DNA from: Candidatus Woesearchaeota archaeon
Lineage (GTDB): Archaea > Nanobdellota > Nanobdellia > Woesearchaeales > DSVV01
Length of the DNA stretch: 64,000 bases
Reading direction: 5' to 3'
Assembly: GCA_018657385.1 (NCBI GenBank)
Contig: JABHXF010000034.1
Location: 8,081 to 72,080, forward strand
Shown here: piece after piece, positions 18,544 through 29,614 of the stretch
Layout: each line of letters starts with the position of its first letter
Position numbering within the stretch: position 1 is the first letter of the stretch
Program-made: the position numbers and the translations under genes
Notes under the pieces: generated by a model
What the model was told of the DNA's origin: nothing
The model's database searches: none
What the model saw: only the letters and a program-made list of their open reading frames with translations

Positions 18544-19287
18544 TTATTTACTATTCTTAATTATTTCTGTAAATAATTGTGGATCTAAACTTGCACCACC
18601 AATTAAAAAACCATTGATATCTTTTTCTTTAATTAATTCTGCAGCATTATCAGACTTAACACTCCCACCATAAAGTAATTTTAGTTGCCTAATAGTTGTT
18701 TGAGAATACATGTCTGTTAAAAATTCACGAATAAAGGCATGTGCTTCTTGAGCTTGTTCAGGTGTTGCTGTTTTTCCAGTACCAATTGCCCAAACAGGTT
18801 CATAAGCAACCATAACATTTTTAATTTGGTTTTCAGAAACATTCTTCAAACAAGCTTTTAATTGTGTTTCTAAAACTGAATCTGTTTTTTTCTTTTTTCT
18901 TTCATCTTCTGTTTCACCAACACATAAAATAGGCTTTAATCCGTGGCTAAGAGCAGATAAAACTTTCTTATTAATAAGTTGATTTGGTTCTTTAAAGATA
19001 TGTCTCCTCTCAGAATGGCCAATTAATACAAATTCACAAAACTCTTTAGCCATTAATGGTGAGATTTCCCCAGTAAATGCGCCCTTATCTTCAAAATACA
19101 TATTTTGAGCACATAATTTAATTTTATCATCCTTAATTTTAGATATTTCACTTAATGTTGTAAAAGGTGGAGAGATAATAATTTCATCATCTCCAAATTC
19201 AGAGACATTATTATTTAAATCGTTGATAAAAGCAATAGCCTCTTCAACAGATTTATTCATTTTCCAATTAGCAAAAATTATGTTCAT
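18544..19287 (-). CDS. tpiA: Triosephosphate isomerase (bacterial-type length)
   Basis: NWKMN, GAFTGEIS, IGHSERR, AYEPVWAIGTG, YGGSV, IGGASL. Confidence 0.97.
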   Translation of the reverse strand: MNIIFANWKMNKSVEEAIAFINDLNNNVSEFGDDEIIISPPFTTLSEISKIKDDKIKLCAQNMYFEDKGAFTGEISPLMAKEFCEFVLIGHSERRHIFKEPNQLINKKVLSALSHGLKPILCVGETEDERKKKKTDSVLETQLKACLKNVSENQIKNVMVAYEPVWAIGTGKTATPEQAQEAHAFIREFLTDMYSQTTIRQLKLLYGGSVKSDNAAELIKEKDINGFLIGGASLDPQLFTEIIKNSK

Positions 19288-19343
19288 GTTATCACCAATG
19301 ATGTAAAAATCAAATTGATATAAAAAACTTATCTTATTTAACC

Positions 19344-19521
19344 ATATGTGGTAAGTTAGGTCTTGAGTTTGGGGTCATGAGTTATGAGTTGGTTGTGGGT
19401 AAGTCAGTTATGGGATTTGGTTATGAGTTAATTAGTTTTGAGAAAAATACAGCGATACTAATTACTTATTAACTGATAACCAACCCAAAACCCATAACTC
19501 ATTACTCAAGACTTATCATAT
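19344..19521. repeat. Imperfect palindromic element of about 9-nt units (MITE-like), copy B
   Basis: GTCTTGAGT/GTTATGAGT left arm, ACTCAAGAC right arm; core GATTTGGTTATGAGTTAATTAGTTTT shared with copy C. Confidence 0.65.
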
Positions 19522-19610
19522 ACATTTAATCAAAACGTTTATATATTAATAAAACATTCAAAATAGTATTAGTATGTTGTATATTATAATAAAATAGTTG
19601 GGGTGGAAAA

Positions 19611-20372
19611 ATGATATTTAGTGGTGGTATTGGAATTATTGTATTAGCAGTATTAATTCTATTATCTAGTTTGAAAGTAGTAAATGAATATGAACGTGGA
19701 GTTAAATTCACTTTAGGAAAGTATTCTGGAGTAATGTTGCCTGGATTAAGAATAGTTGTACCAATTCTTCAAACATGGCAAAAAGTTGATATGAGAGTAA
19801 AAGCAGTAGATGTTCCTGACCAAGAAAGTATTACTAAAGATAATATTACAGTTGGAATCAACGCTGTTATTTATTACAAAGTAAGAGACTCTGCAAAAGC
19901 AATTATTGAAGTCGAACATTATAATTATGCTATTTCTCAATTAGCACAAACAACAATGAGAAATGTTGTTGGAGAAGTTGAGTTAGATGAATTATTGAGT
20001 AAAAGAGACCAAATCAGTGATAAAATTAAGGAAATTGTAGACAAAGCAAGTGACCCATGGGGAATAGAAGTTGAAACAGTTGAATTAAAGGACATTACAT
20101 TGGCTCAAGACATGAAAAGAGTTATTGGAAAGCAAGCTGAAGCTGAAAGAGAAAAAAGAGCAGTTATTATTAAGGCAGAAGGTGAAGTAATTGCAGCTAA
20201 GAACATGGCAAAAGCAGCTGATATGTTGAACAAGTCAAATGGAGCGTTACATCTGAGAACATTACAAACATTAAATGATTTATCAAGTGATCAGAGTAAT
20301 ACTGTTGTATTTGCAACCCCTATTGAAGTCTTAAGAGCATTTGAAGGCTTTACAGGAAAAAAGAAAAAATAG
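19611..20372 (+). CDS. SPFH/stomatin (slipin) family protein
   Basis: EYERGV, ITKDN, LAQTTMRNVVG, DPWGI, QAEAERE, LRTLQTL. Confidence 0.95.
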   Translation: MIFSGGIGIIVLAVLILLSSLKVVNEYERGVKFTLGKYSGVMLPGLRIVVPILQTWQKVDMRVKAVDVPDQESITKDNITVGINAVIYYKVRDSAKAIIEVEHYNYAISQLAQTTMRNVVGEVELDELLSKRDQISDKIKEIVDKASDPWGIEVETVELKDITLAQDMKRVIGKQAEAEREKRAVIIKAEGEVIAAKNMAKAADMLNKSNGALHLRTLQTLNDLSSDQSNTVVFATPIEVLRAFEGFTGKKKK

Positions 20373-20599
20373 TTTTTTTCTTTATTTTTCTTATTCTTTT
20401 TTACTAGGTCCGGAGGACAAGTCACTCATGAATTAGTTTTTCGGTCTTCGTAGTTTGTTATTAGTAACGAAAACCAAACAACGAAGAACTAATAACAATA
20501 ATTAGTGAACAAAACAATCCCCCAAAACCACCCACCCTTAAATAATAAAGGGAAAGAAAAACATAAACTTTATAATAATCTGAAATAAAAAACTAAAAT

Positions 20600-20959
20600 A
20601 TGGAACTAAAACAAGTAATTTTAGTAAGGGCAGATCTGAAGATGTCAAAAGGTAAGATTGCAGCACAATCAGCACATGCTAGTGTTGAATGTGTTATGAA
20701 GGCAATGAAATCTAAAACAAAGGAAAAGCTAGTTAAAGAATGGCGTAGTGAAGGTATGATGAAGATTGTAGTAAAAGTTAGTTCTGAGAAAGAGTTGTAC
20801 AAATACATGCAAGAAGCTAAAGACCAAGGAATGATTACATCTATAATAACAGATGCTGGACATACATTTGTTGCCCCTGGCACAGTTACATGTGGTTGTA
20901 TAGGTCCTGTTGAGATAGAAGAAGTTGATGAAATTACTGGTGAATTAAAGATTCTTTAA
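20600..20959 (+). CDS. pth2: Peptidyl-tRNA hydrolase Pth2
   Basis: KQVILVRADLKMSKGKIAAQSAHA, DAGHT, GP..DEITG. Confidence 0.95.
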   Translation: MELKQVILVRADLKMSKGKIAAQSAHASVECVMKAMKSKTKEKLVKEWRSEGMMKIVVKVSSEKELYKYMQEAKDQGMITSIITDAGHTFVAPGTVTCGCIGPVEIEEVDEITGELKIL

Positions 20960-21176
20960 TTAGTTCTATTTTTTAATTCTAACAAATATTAAGATTTTAT
21001 ATACGCAAAATAACAATAAAAAAAATTATAAAAAATACTGTTTTCATCCCATAATGGTGATAAAACTTTATATAGTATAAACGATATTTTCTATAATTAC
21101 TTATATTATTAAGTGAAGGGGGAGTATGTATTATACTCTATAATTAAAAAAAAGCGGGAGCAAAGAGGTGAATTAA

Positions 21177-21842
21177 ATGGTAGTTGAACAATTAGGTGTT
21201 TCTATAATGGATGCGCTAATGAGTGTTTTACTTGGAATTCTACAAGTTATTCCAGGATTAATTGCAGCAGTTATTGTATTATTAGTAGGTTATATTATTG
21301 GCTGGATAGTATATAGGGTATTAGATAAGTTATTTGAGAAAATAAAATTAGATAACTATGTTATTAAAAAAACAGGCTTAAAAAATAAGGTAGGTGATTT
21401 AAGATTAGGTCACATTTTGGCAGTAATCTCTAAGTGGTATATTTTCATACTATTCCTAACACCAGCAGCAAGTTTAGTTAGATTAAATGCATTATCTAAT
21501 TTTTTACTTGAACTGAACTTTTGGATTCCTAGTCTGATTGCAGCATTACTAATTGTATTGTTCGGAATTCTAGCAGCAAGTTATGTAGGTCAAAAAGTAG
21601 AAGATGTTAAAATGAAAAGCTCAAAAGCAGTTGCACATGTTGCACAAGTTGTTATCATGGTATTCATCGTGTTATTAGCTCTTGATCAAATTGGCTTAAA
21701 ATTAAGTCTAGCACATAATACATTCTTGATTATCTTAGGAGGAATTATGTTAGCATTTTCATTAGCAGTAGGTATAGGATATGGCCTAGCAATGAAAGAA
21801 ACTGCAAAAGCAAGACTTGGTAAATGGAAAAAGATGCTTTAA
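21177..21842 (+). CDS. TM-helix-repeat membrane protein (CmpX/MscS-TM-like)
   Basis: Repeated IPGLIAAVIVLLVG / IPSLIAALLIVLFG; C-terminal LAVGIGYGLA. Confidence 0.8.
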   Translation: MVVEQLGVSIMDALMSVLLGILQVIPGLIAAVIVLLVGYIIGWIVYRVLDKLFEKIKLDNYVIKKTGLKNKVGDLRLGHILAVISKWYIFILFLTPAASLVRLNALSNFLLELNFWIPSLIAALLIVLFGILAASYVGQKVEDVKMKSSKAVAHVAQVVIMVFIVLLALDQIGLKLSLAHNTFLIILGGIMLAFSLAVGIGYGLAMKETAKARLGKWKKML

Positions 21843-21971
21843 TCTTTTTTCTTGTTTTTTTATTTTTCTTATTCTAAACATAATTTAAAATTAGTTTTAT
21901 TCAGAATATTAAGTTTACACTTATAACTTAAGTTAATAAAGTATATATATACTAACATTTATCTTATATAT

Positions 21972-22418
21972 ATGGCTGAAAAGAAGAAAGTTATGATAGT
22001 TGATGATGAGTTCACGATAAGAGAATTAGTAGCTTTAACATTAGAACCTGATTTTGAGATTATTAAAGCGGAATCAGGAGAAGAAGCATTAGAAAAAATT
22101 AAACATAACAATCCTGATTTAATCATATTAGATATAATGATGCCAAATATGAATGGATACCAAGTCTGCAAAATCTTAAGAGCAGATAAGAATACAAGTA
22201 ATACCCCTATAATCATGCTAACAGCAAAACATCAAGTAGAAGATGTTAAAAGAGCCATAGAAACAGGAGCAGATGAGTATATAACTAAACCATTTGAACC
22301 TGATTTATTAAGAAAAAGGATTAATGAATACTTTGGAGATAAGAAAATAGAGAGAAAATTATTTCAATATGGAAAAAGCATCCATTATATTAAAGGTAGA
22401 GAAGACAATATTTCTTAA
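21972..22418 (+). CDS. Response regulator (stand-alone receiver)
   Basis: VDDE, PDLIILDIMMP, MLTAK, GADEYITKPF. Confidence 0.93.
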   Translation: MAEKKKVMIVDDEFTIRELVALTLEPDFEIIKAESGEEALEKIKHNNPDLIILDIMMPNMNGYQVCKILRADKNTSNTPIIMLTAKHQVEDVKRAIETGADEYITKPFEPDLLRKRINEYFGDKKIERKLFQYGKSIHYIKGREDNIS

Positions 22419-22452
22419 TCATTATATGTTTAAATGATTTTTGAGGATAAAT

Positions 22453-23754
22453 ATGACTGAATTAATGAGCCCATGTGCAAATTTTGAAACACTTAATGCA
22501 GCCATAAAGGCGGGATGCAATAGTGTTTATTTTGGCATTAAACAATTAAATATGAGAACTAGTAGAACTAAAAACTTTGAATTAAAAGATCTTCCTAAAA
22601 TCAAAAAAATATGTACAAATAGTAAAATCAGTTGTTATTTAACATTGAATTCTATTGTTTATGATAATGAATTAAAGAAAGTTGAAAAAATACTAAGAAA
22701 GATAAAAAAACATAAAATAGATGCTGTAATTGCAAGTGATTGGGCAATAATATTAATGGCCAATAAAATGAAAATACCAGTGCATATTTCTACACAACAA
22801 AGTTGTAGTAATATTGAATCATTAAAATTATTTTCCAAATATGCAGAAAGAATTGTTTTAGCTAGAGAATTATCATTAAAACAAATTAGAGAAATTAAAA
22901 AGAACATTATAAAAAATAAAATAAAAGGAAGTACAGGAAAATTAATGCAAATTGAATGTTTTTGTCATGGGGCAATGTGCATCTCCATCTCTGGAAGATG
23001 TTTCCTTAGTCAATTTGTTTATGGTAGTAAATTTAGTGCAAACAGAGGAAGATGTTTGCAAAACTGTAGACGTGAATACATAATTAAAGATACTGAAAAA
23101 AATAATAAGATTAAAGTTGGACAAGAAAATGATAAAGCATATGCAATAAGTCCAAAAGATTTATGCACAATTGAAATATTAGATAAATTAGTTGAAAAAC
23201 TTGATAAGATTAATAATTGTATTGATGTTCTAAAAATTGAGGGTAGAGGAAGAAGTGTTGATTATATTTATGTTGTTACAAAGGCCTATAGAAATGCATT
23301 AAATGTAATTGCAGAAACAAGTGGAAAGAAGAATAAAAGTAAAATTAAATTTGATGCGAAATTGAAGAAGAAATTGATTAATGACATGAAAAAAGTCTAT
23401 AATAGGGGCCTTAGTACTGGCTTTTATTTAGGCAAGCCATTAAATGAATGGAGTAAAGCCTATGGAAGCAAAGCAACTGAAAAAAAATATTTGCTTGGCA
23501 AAGTTATTAATTATTTCAAGAATGCAAAAGTTGTTGAGATTAATATAGAGAGTGGAGAAGTTGAATTAAAAATAGGAAACAAAATAGCATTTACAGGAGC
23601 AACAACTGGTTATTATGAAAGTATAGTAGAAGAAATAAGAGATAGTAAAACAAATAAAAAAGTTAATTCTGCTAAAAAAGGACACAAAGTTACTATAAAG
23701 ACTTCAGAAAGATTAAGAGATGGAGATAAAGTGTTTATTGTAAAGAAAAGATAA
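22453..23754 (+). CDS. U32 peptidase-family Fe-S protein (TrhP/RlhA-like RNA hydroxylation family)
   Basis: HISTQ, LARELSL, HGAMCISISGRC, ANRGRCLQNCRR, SPKDL, KIEGR. Confidence 0.9.
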   Translation: MTELMSPCANFETLNAAIKAGCNSVYFGIKQLNMRTSRTKNFELKDLPKIKKICTNSKISCYLTLNSIVYDNELKKVEKILRKIKKHKIDAVIASDWAIILMANKMKIPVHISTQQSCSNIESLKLFSKYAERIVLARELSLKQIREIKKNIIKNKIKGSTGKLMQIECFCHGAMCISISGRCFLSQFVYGSKFSANRGRCLQNCRREYIIKDTEKNNKIKVGQENDKAYAISPKDLCTIEILDKLVEKLDKINNCIDVLKIEGRGRSVDYIYVVTKAYRNALNVIAETSGKKNKSKIKFDAKLKKKLINDMKKVYNRGLSTGFYLGKPLNEWSKAYGSKATEKKYLLGKVINYFKNAKVVEINIESGEVELKIGNKIAFTGATTGYYESIVEEIRDSKTNKKVNSAKKGHKVTIKTSERLRDGDKVFIVKKR

Positions 23755-23789
23755 TATTTATATAAAAGCAAGAGTGACTTAAAGATAAT

Positions 23790-25541
23790 ATGACTGATAA
23801 AGACAAAAACAAGAATAAGAATCAAAACAAGGATGAAAAATCTAAAACATCCAAGAGAAGAGATAAATCTAAAGTTGAACATAATCATTGGGCTGACCAA
23901 ATTGCTTCAGAAGTTAAGAAAAAAGTTGATGAAAACCCACAATTAAAGAAAGTAGTTAAAGAAATTGGATATTATTTAGTATATGATGAAAAAACCCCTT
24001 CTGGTACTATCCATGTTGGAAGTGGTAGAGGATGGGTTATACATGATGCAATTGCAAAAGCAATGCGTAAAGCAGGAATGAAAGCTAAATTTATATTAAG
24101 CAACGATGATATAGATCCATATGATAAACCAAATAAAGAATTAGATGAATCATGGAATAAATATATTGGAATGCCCTTTCGTAACATTCCATCCCCCGTA
24201 GAAGGTTATGAAAATTTTGCTGAATACTATTTCATGATGTGTGTAGAGAAGTTTGAAGAGCTTGGTATAGAAGCAGAAGTTGAAAGTACAGGAGAACAAT
24301 ATGAAAAAGGTGTTTTTAATAAAGCAATTAAAAAAGTTCTTGATAATTATGAAAAAGTACAGCAAACATATATTGACATGTATGGAGACGATGTTGAAGC
24401 TGGGAAAAAGATACCATTTAATATTATATGTGAAAAATGTGGTAAAATTGCCACAACTTTAGCAGTGAAATGGGATACAAAAAAAGAATTACTAAATTAT
24501 GAATGTAAAAAAGGTGAAAGTGTAGTAACCTGGGCATCAGGCTGTGGACATAAAGGTCAAATTAGCCCATATAATGGTAATGGTAAATTCCCATGGAAAG
24601 TTGAATGGCCAGCTAAATGGATTAGTAAAGGAGTTATGTGTGAGTTTGCAGGAAAAGATCATTTTACCAAAGGTGGTTCAAGAAGTTTTGGTGTTAAATT
24701 AAGCAATGAATTATTTGATTTTATGCCACCATATCCTTCAAATAGATTTATGACAGGCAAAGGTTATGAATTTTTTCAAATTGGTGGGAAGAAAATGTCA
24801 ACTTCTAAAGGAAGAGGGGTTTCTTTTGTTGAGATGACTAAAATTTTGCCAGCTAACCTTATTAGATTTTTATTAATTAAACCAAGACCAAATTCAGTAA
24901 TTGATTTTGACCCATATGACGATAACAATATTACTTTCTTATATGATAGATATGATAAAGCTGAAAGGATTTATTTTGATGAAGAAAAAGCAGATGAAAA
25001 AGAAAAGAAAATACAATCAAGAATTTATGAATTAAGTCATGTTGGGGAAATACCTAAGAAAATGCCCATTCAAATCCCATTAAAATTTGCAGCGATTGTA
25101 ATTCAAATTGCAATGAATGATGAAGAAAAAGCAATTGAGATTTTGCAAAATATGAAGCATTTACCAAAAAAATTAGAAGGAATAGGTAGACATAATGTAT
25201 TAGAAAGACTTAATAATGCAAAAAGGTGGATTAATAAGTTTGCTAGTGATAATTATAAGTTTAAATTAAATGAGAAAATAAACCAAAAGGAACTTAAACT
25301 TGACCATAAAGTTAAAAAAGCATTACAATTAATTGTAAAGAGATTAGAAGAAAAAACTTGGCAAGATAAAGAATTACATGATGAATTTTATAATATATGC
25401 AAAGAATTAGAATTAGAAACAAAAGAATTCTTTAAAGGAACATATGTGTTATTGATAGGCAAAGAAAAAGGTCCATTACTAGCTAAATTCATATTAGCAG
25501 TTGGCTTAGATAAGTTTAGAGAATTAGTTGAACAGTTATAA
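23790..25541 (+). CDS. lysS: Lysyl-tRNA synthetase, class I
   Basis: HWAD, TPSGTIHVG, KFPWKVEWP, GKDH, KMSTSKG, GKEKGP. Confidence 0.96.
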   Translation: MTDKDKNKNKNQNKDEKSKTSKRRDKSKVEHNHWADQIASEVKKKVDENPQLKKVVKEIGYYLVYDEKTPSGTIHVGSGRGWVIHDAIAKAMRKAGMKAKFILSNDDIDPYDKPNKELDESWNKYIGMPFRNIPSPVEGYENFAEYYFMMCVEKFEELGIEAEVESTGEQYEKGVFNKAIKKVLDNYEKVQQTYIDMYGDDVEAGKKIPFNIICEKCGKIATTLAVKWDTKKELLNYECKKGESVVTWASGCGHKGQISPYNGNGKFPWKVEWPAKWISKGVMCEFAGKDHFTKGGSRSFGVKLSNELFDFMPPYPSNRFMTGKGYEFFQIGGKKMSTSKGRGVSFVEMTKILPANLIRFLLIKPRPNSVIDFDPYDDNNITFLYDRYDKAERIYFDEEKADEKEKKIQSRIYELSHVGEIPKKMPIQIPLKFAAIVIQIAMNDEEKAIEILQNMKHLPKKLEGIGRHNVLERLNNAKRWINKFASDNYKFKLNEKINQKELKLDHKVKKALQLIVKRLEEKTWQDKELHDEFYNICKELELETKEFFKGTYVLLIGKEKGPLLAKFILAVGLDKFRELVEQL

Positions 25542-25578
25542 TCTTTACTTGCATTTGATGATTATAATTTTAAATAAT

Positions 25579-27954
25579 TTAATCAAATTCAATCTTCTTT
25601 TTAATTGGTAATTCAAATATAAAACTACTTCCTTTGTTAATTTCACTTTCAACATATATTTTTCCTTTATGTGCGTCTACAATATGTTTTGATATTGGAA
25701 GTCCTAATCCAGTTCCACCATATTGTCTAGTCATTGATGCATCTACTTGATAAAACTTATCAAATAGTCTGGGAATAACTTCCTTAGGAACACCAATACC
25801 AGTATCTTTAACCGTTGTTTTAATAAAATTATCCATTAATTCAATAATAACATAAATATTGCCATCTTTTGGGGTAAACTTAATTGCATTGCCAATTAAA
25901 TTAAAAAATATTTGTTTAATTAAATCTTGACTTGCACTAATTTTAGGAATATCTTTTTTTACATCAAGATGTATTTTAATGTCTTTATCATCAGCTAAAG
26001 TCGCAAGTGTTTTTATAACATCCCCTGCCACTATAATAATATCCATCTTTTCTTTCTTAAATTTAACTTTTCCTTTTTCAAGCTTTGCAAGGTCCAAAAC
26101 ATCATTAATTAATCTGCTTAATCTATCAGATTCTTCGATAATAATATTTAAACATTGCATTTGATTTTCTGGAAGCATCCCTAGTTTACCACCTAATAAT
26201 AGCTTAGTATAACCCTTAATACTAGTTAATGGTGTTCTTAATTCATGGCTTACATTACTAACAAATTCAGATTTCAATCTATCCATTCTTTCTAACTCTC
26301 TATTTTTTTCTACTAATTCTTTTGTGGCCATAAAAACTTCATTTTTTAATGTCTCGTTAAATAAACTAATTTCATTATATAATTTAGAGTTTTCAATAGC
26401 AATTGCAATATGGTTAGTTAAAATCTCTAATGGTTGTTTAAATTTTTCAAAGTTATTAAATTTAACACTATCTAAATTTAACACACCAATTACTTTTCCG
26501 GCTTTCATTAAAGGAATTACTGCTTCAGAAACAGTAGCTCTATTAACTTCAATATATCTTTTATCTTTTCTAACATCTGGAACAATCAAGGGTTTACCTT
26601 GTTTCGCTACCCACCCAGATAAACCTTCATCAATTTTGATTCTAACATTCTCTGCTTTTTCTATGGGATAACCTTTAATTAATTTCATATCTAAATAATC
26701 CCCCTTAACTAATAATAAAAAACCAGAATCAGAATTAGTAAATTCCATTGTTCTATCCATAATAATATTCAATAAGTTATCTAAATCAAGTTGTGCATTA
26801 ATAGTTTGACTTATTTCTAATAGGTTTGATAAAACATGACGTTCTTTTTTTATACTTGTATAAAATTCACTATTTCTAATACTCATTGCTGCTTGATTTG
26901 CTAATGTTTTCAATAGATCTAATTCATCTTTGTTATATCTTCTTAGCTTCTTAGTATAAATATTAATAGTCCCTAAGGATTTATCTTTTACAATAAGAGG
27001 AATTGTTAATAAACTCATTAATTTTACAGATTTTGCAAAACTTGGTCTAGCATATAATGGTTCCTTTAAAACTTCTTGAATATAAACTGGTTGTCTTGTT
27101 TTAACTGCTAATCCTGCAACACTATCATCTACAGGAATTGGACCATGATTAAAATATTCTTCTGATGAACTATAAGTTGATTTAGGAATTAAAAATTGAT
27201 TAGATTTATCAAGTAATGTAATAGTACAAGAATCAGAGTTAAGTAATTGAATAATTTTTACAATAATTAAACTTAAAATTTCATCTAAATCTAATGTTTT
27301 AGTAAGAGAAGAAGATATGTCATACATTGCTGTTAATTTCTTTAATCTTATACGATCCTCTCTATGAAGAACAGTATTATCAATTGCAAATGCAACTTGA
27401 TTTGCAAAAGGAAACAGATTATAAAGATCTTCTTTGATTAAAGGATTTTCTGAATATTTATTATCAATACTAATCATACCAATTACCCTTGTACCACTTA
27501 ATAATGGAAGGCTTGCAGATTCATTTACATCTTCTTTTTTAAGAATTTTAACAAATTTTGAAAATTGTGATGTTTTTAATATAATTGGCTCCTTTTTTGT
27601 AAAGCAATGGTATACTTTTTTGTGTACTTGAGAAATATCTAATTTAATATTTTTCATTGATATATCAGGCATGTGAGAAGATTTTGCCCCCATTAATAAT
27701 TTTTTTTGTTTGTCAAAAAGGTAAATTCTAACACGATCATAACCCCATAATTTAAATGCCTTAATTGTAAGCTCTAATATTTCATTAACATCCTCAGTGC
27801 ACTGGATAGAATTACTTATATCATGTAAACTTCTTAAGAACTGATTTTGGATTTTTAATTTTTTCTCAAAAGATAATTCTTCAGTTTCTTCTATTTTTCC
27901 TGATTTTTCTATCTCTTCTGTTTCTTCTTTTGTTTTCTTAACCATGTTTATCAC
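25579..27954 (-). CDS. Cytoplasmic sensor histidine kinase, 3 GAF + HisKA + HATPase
   Basis: Three GAF repeats ending A(I/M)xIxN; VSHELRTPL, NLIGNAIKF, DTGIG, GGTGLGL. Probable ATG at 27945. Confidence 0.93.
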   Translation of the reverse strand: MINMVKKTKEETEEIEKSGKIEETEELSFEKKLKIQNQFLRSLHDISNSIQCTEDVNEILELTIKAFKLWGYDRVRIYLFDKQKKLLMGAKSSHMPDISMKNIKLDISQVHKKVYHCFTKKEPIILKTSQFSKFVKILKKEDVNESASLPLLSGTRVIGMISIDNKYSENPLIKEDLYNLFPFANQVAFAIDNTVLHREDRIRLKKLTAMYDISSSLTKTLDLDEILSLIIVKIIQLLNSDSCTITLLDKSNQFLIPKSTYSSSEEYFNHGPIPVDDSVAGLAVKTRQPVYIQEVLKEPLYARPSFAKSVKLMSLLTIPLIVKDKSLGTINIYTKKLRRYNKDELDLLKTLANQAAMSIRNSEFYTSIKKERHVLSNLLEISQTINAQLDLDNLLNIIMDRTMEFTNSDSGFLLLVKGDYLDMKLIKGYPIEKAENVRIKIDEGLSGWVAKQGKPLIVPDVRKDKRYIEVNRATVSEAVIPLMKAGKVIGVLNLDSVKFNNFEKFKQPLEILTNHIAIAIENSKLYNEISLFNETLKNEVFMATKELVEKNRELERMDRLKSEFVSNVSHELRTPLTSIKGYTKLLLGGKLGMLPENQMQCLNIIIEESDRLSRLINDVLDLAKLEKGKVKFKKEKMDIIIVAGDVIKTLATLADDKDIKIHLDVKKDIPKISASQDLIKQIFFNLIGNAIKFTPKDGNIYVIIELMDNFIKTTVKDTGIGVPKEVIPRLFDKFYQVDASMTRQYGGTGLGLPISKHIVDAHKGKIYVESEINKGSSFIFELPIKKKIEFD

Positions 27955-27995
27955 TTCATAACTATTTTCAGATTATTGTGTTTAGACTATTATGT

Positions 27996-29567
27996 TCAAA
28001 CAGGTAATGTAAAACTGATTGTTGTACCCTGATTTAACTTACTTTTTATGGAAATTTTCCCACCAAATGCCTCTAGTATTTTTTTTACAATTGGTAATCC
28101 TAACCCTGAACCACCTTTAGTTCTAACCATATGTTCTTCTGCTTGATAAAATTTATCAAAAACAGTATCAAGATCTTGTTTTTTAATACCTTTACCATTA
28201 TCCAAAATAGTAATTTCAATAAATTTCTCCTTTTTTTTAGTAGAATTAATAATTTTCTTTGCAGAGATTGTAATCATATCACCATTACCAATAAATTTAA
28301 TACTATTATCAATGATATGATTCAATACTTGTATTAATTTTTGCTTGTCTACTACAATAAGTGGAATGTTTTTAGGAATATTGATTTTAATCTTAATTCT
28401 TTGTTTTTTTGCTAATTCAATTGTATTACATTCAGTTAAACATTGTTTTAAGGAAACACTAGTTTTGTTTAATTTCATATCGTCAGATTCTAATTTGGAT
28501 ATATCTAACATGTTATCAATTAGTTCAACCAGTACATCTGATTGGTCAATAATAATTTTTAATGCCTTAGATTGCCTATAATTAATGTCTCCAAACTTTC
28601 CTGAATTTAATAAAGAAGTATATCCTTTGATATTTGTTAAAGGTGTTCTTAATTCATGACTAACAGTACTTAAAAATTCAGTTTTCATATTTTCAGTTCT
28701 TCTTTGCTTTGTTATATCCCTAATTATACAAACTGCCCCAGAAAAAACAAGATTGTTATTATTGTTATTCTTACTAGTACTAGTTGTAGTAGTGATAGTA
28801 GTTCTTGTACTATTATTATCTAAAACAGGAGAAACTATTGCAGTTATAATCTTGTTAAGAGGTTTTATTTCAAATTCCAGGCAATCATCTCTAAAATTAC
28901 ATTTTTTACTTGAGTTTTTTTTATTTTTTTCTAAGTTTATATTATTTATATTTGTGGTCAAAGTATCTGGATCAATATATAGATTATTCAAACCATATTT
29001 TTTTAATTGTAAAATATGTTTACCAATAGCTTTTGAAGCATTAATGTCAAATATATCCTCAGCTGATTTATTAAAAACAATTATTTTATTAGCACTATCT
29101 GTTACAATAACCCCATCACCCATTGATTCTATAATTAATTCTTTCTTTATTCTTTCTTTTGAAGCTATACCTTTAACTTTTTTACCATATCGTTTTTCTG
29201 CTTTTAATTTTGAAACCATTTTATTAAATGATTCTACTAATCTCCCAAATTCATCATTGCTTTGCTTATCTATTTTCTGACTAAGATCACCTTCAGTTAC
29301 TAGTTGTGTTCCAATAATTACCTTATCTAAAGGTTTAATTAACATATGAACAATAAACAATGAAATAAAAATAAGTAAAACAAAAGTTGCAATACCAATA
29401 GAGTAAAAGTTTTGAATAAACCCATCATATTTTAATGGAGTATTAATAACAACATTCCCTGTAACATCTACTATTGGTCTAGTTCCTAAAAATAAACCAA
29501 CAAGAATTATAGATGAAACTAATAAAAACATAACTAACAACATTATTTTATTCTTTACTGATACCAT
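27996..29567 (-). CDS. Membrane sensor histidine kinase, 2TM-HAMP-PAS-HisKA-HATPase
   Basis: HAMP (GDLSQ..DEFGRLVESFNKM), PAS (SMGDGVIVTD..FNKSAE..RDIT), SHELRTPL, DNGKGI, GGSGLGL. Confidence 0.92.
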   Translation of the reverse strand: MVSVKNKIMLLVMFLLVSSIILVGLFLGTRPIVDVTGNVVINTPLKYDGFIQNFYSIGIATFVLLIFISLFIVHMLIKPLDKVIIGTQLVTEGDLSQKIDKQSNDEFGRLVESFNKMVSKLKAEKRYGKKVKGIASKERIKKELIIESMGDGVIVTDSANKIIVFNKSAEDIFDINASKAIGKHILQLKKYGLNNLYIDPDTLTTNINNINLEKNKKNSSKKCNFRDDCLEFEIKPLNKIITAIVSPVLDNNSTRTTITTTTSTSKNNNNNNLVFSGAVCIIRDITKQRRTENMKTEFLSTVSHELRTPLTNIKGYTSLLNSGKFGDINYRQSKALKIIIDQSDVLVELIDNMLDISKLESDDMKLNKTSVSLKQCLTECNTIELAKKQRIKIKINIPKNIPLIVVDKQKLIQVLNHIIDNSIKFIGNGDMITISAKKIINSTKKKEKFIEITILDNGKGIKKQDLDTVFDKFYQAEEHMVRTKGGSGLGLPIVKKILEAFGGKISIKSKLNQGTTISFTLPV

Positions 29568-29614
29568 TTCAAATGTAACTCCCTTAAGGATTAAATGATA
29601 TTAACAGAGAGTAA

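Noticed and set aside
19344-19521. CRISPR array
   Set aside because: Units are about 9 nt, degenerate and arranged as inverted arms with no unique spacers; no cas genes.
20404-20510. Structured RNA between the SPFH gene and pth2
   Set aside because: Only short imperfect stems (TCTTCGT/ACGAAGA) and no second copy seen; insufficient support.
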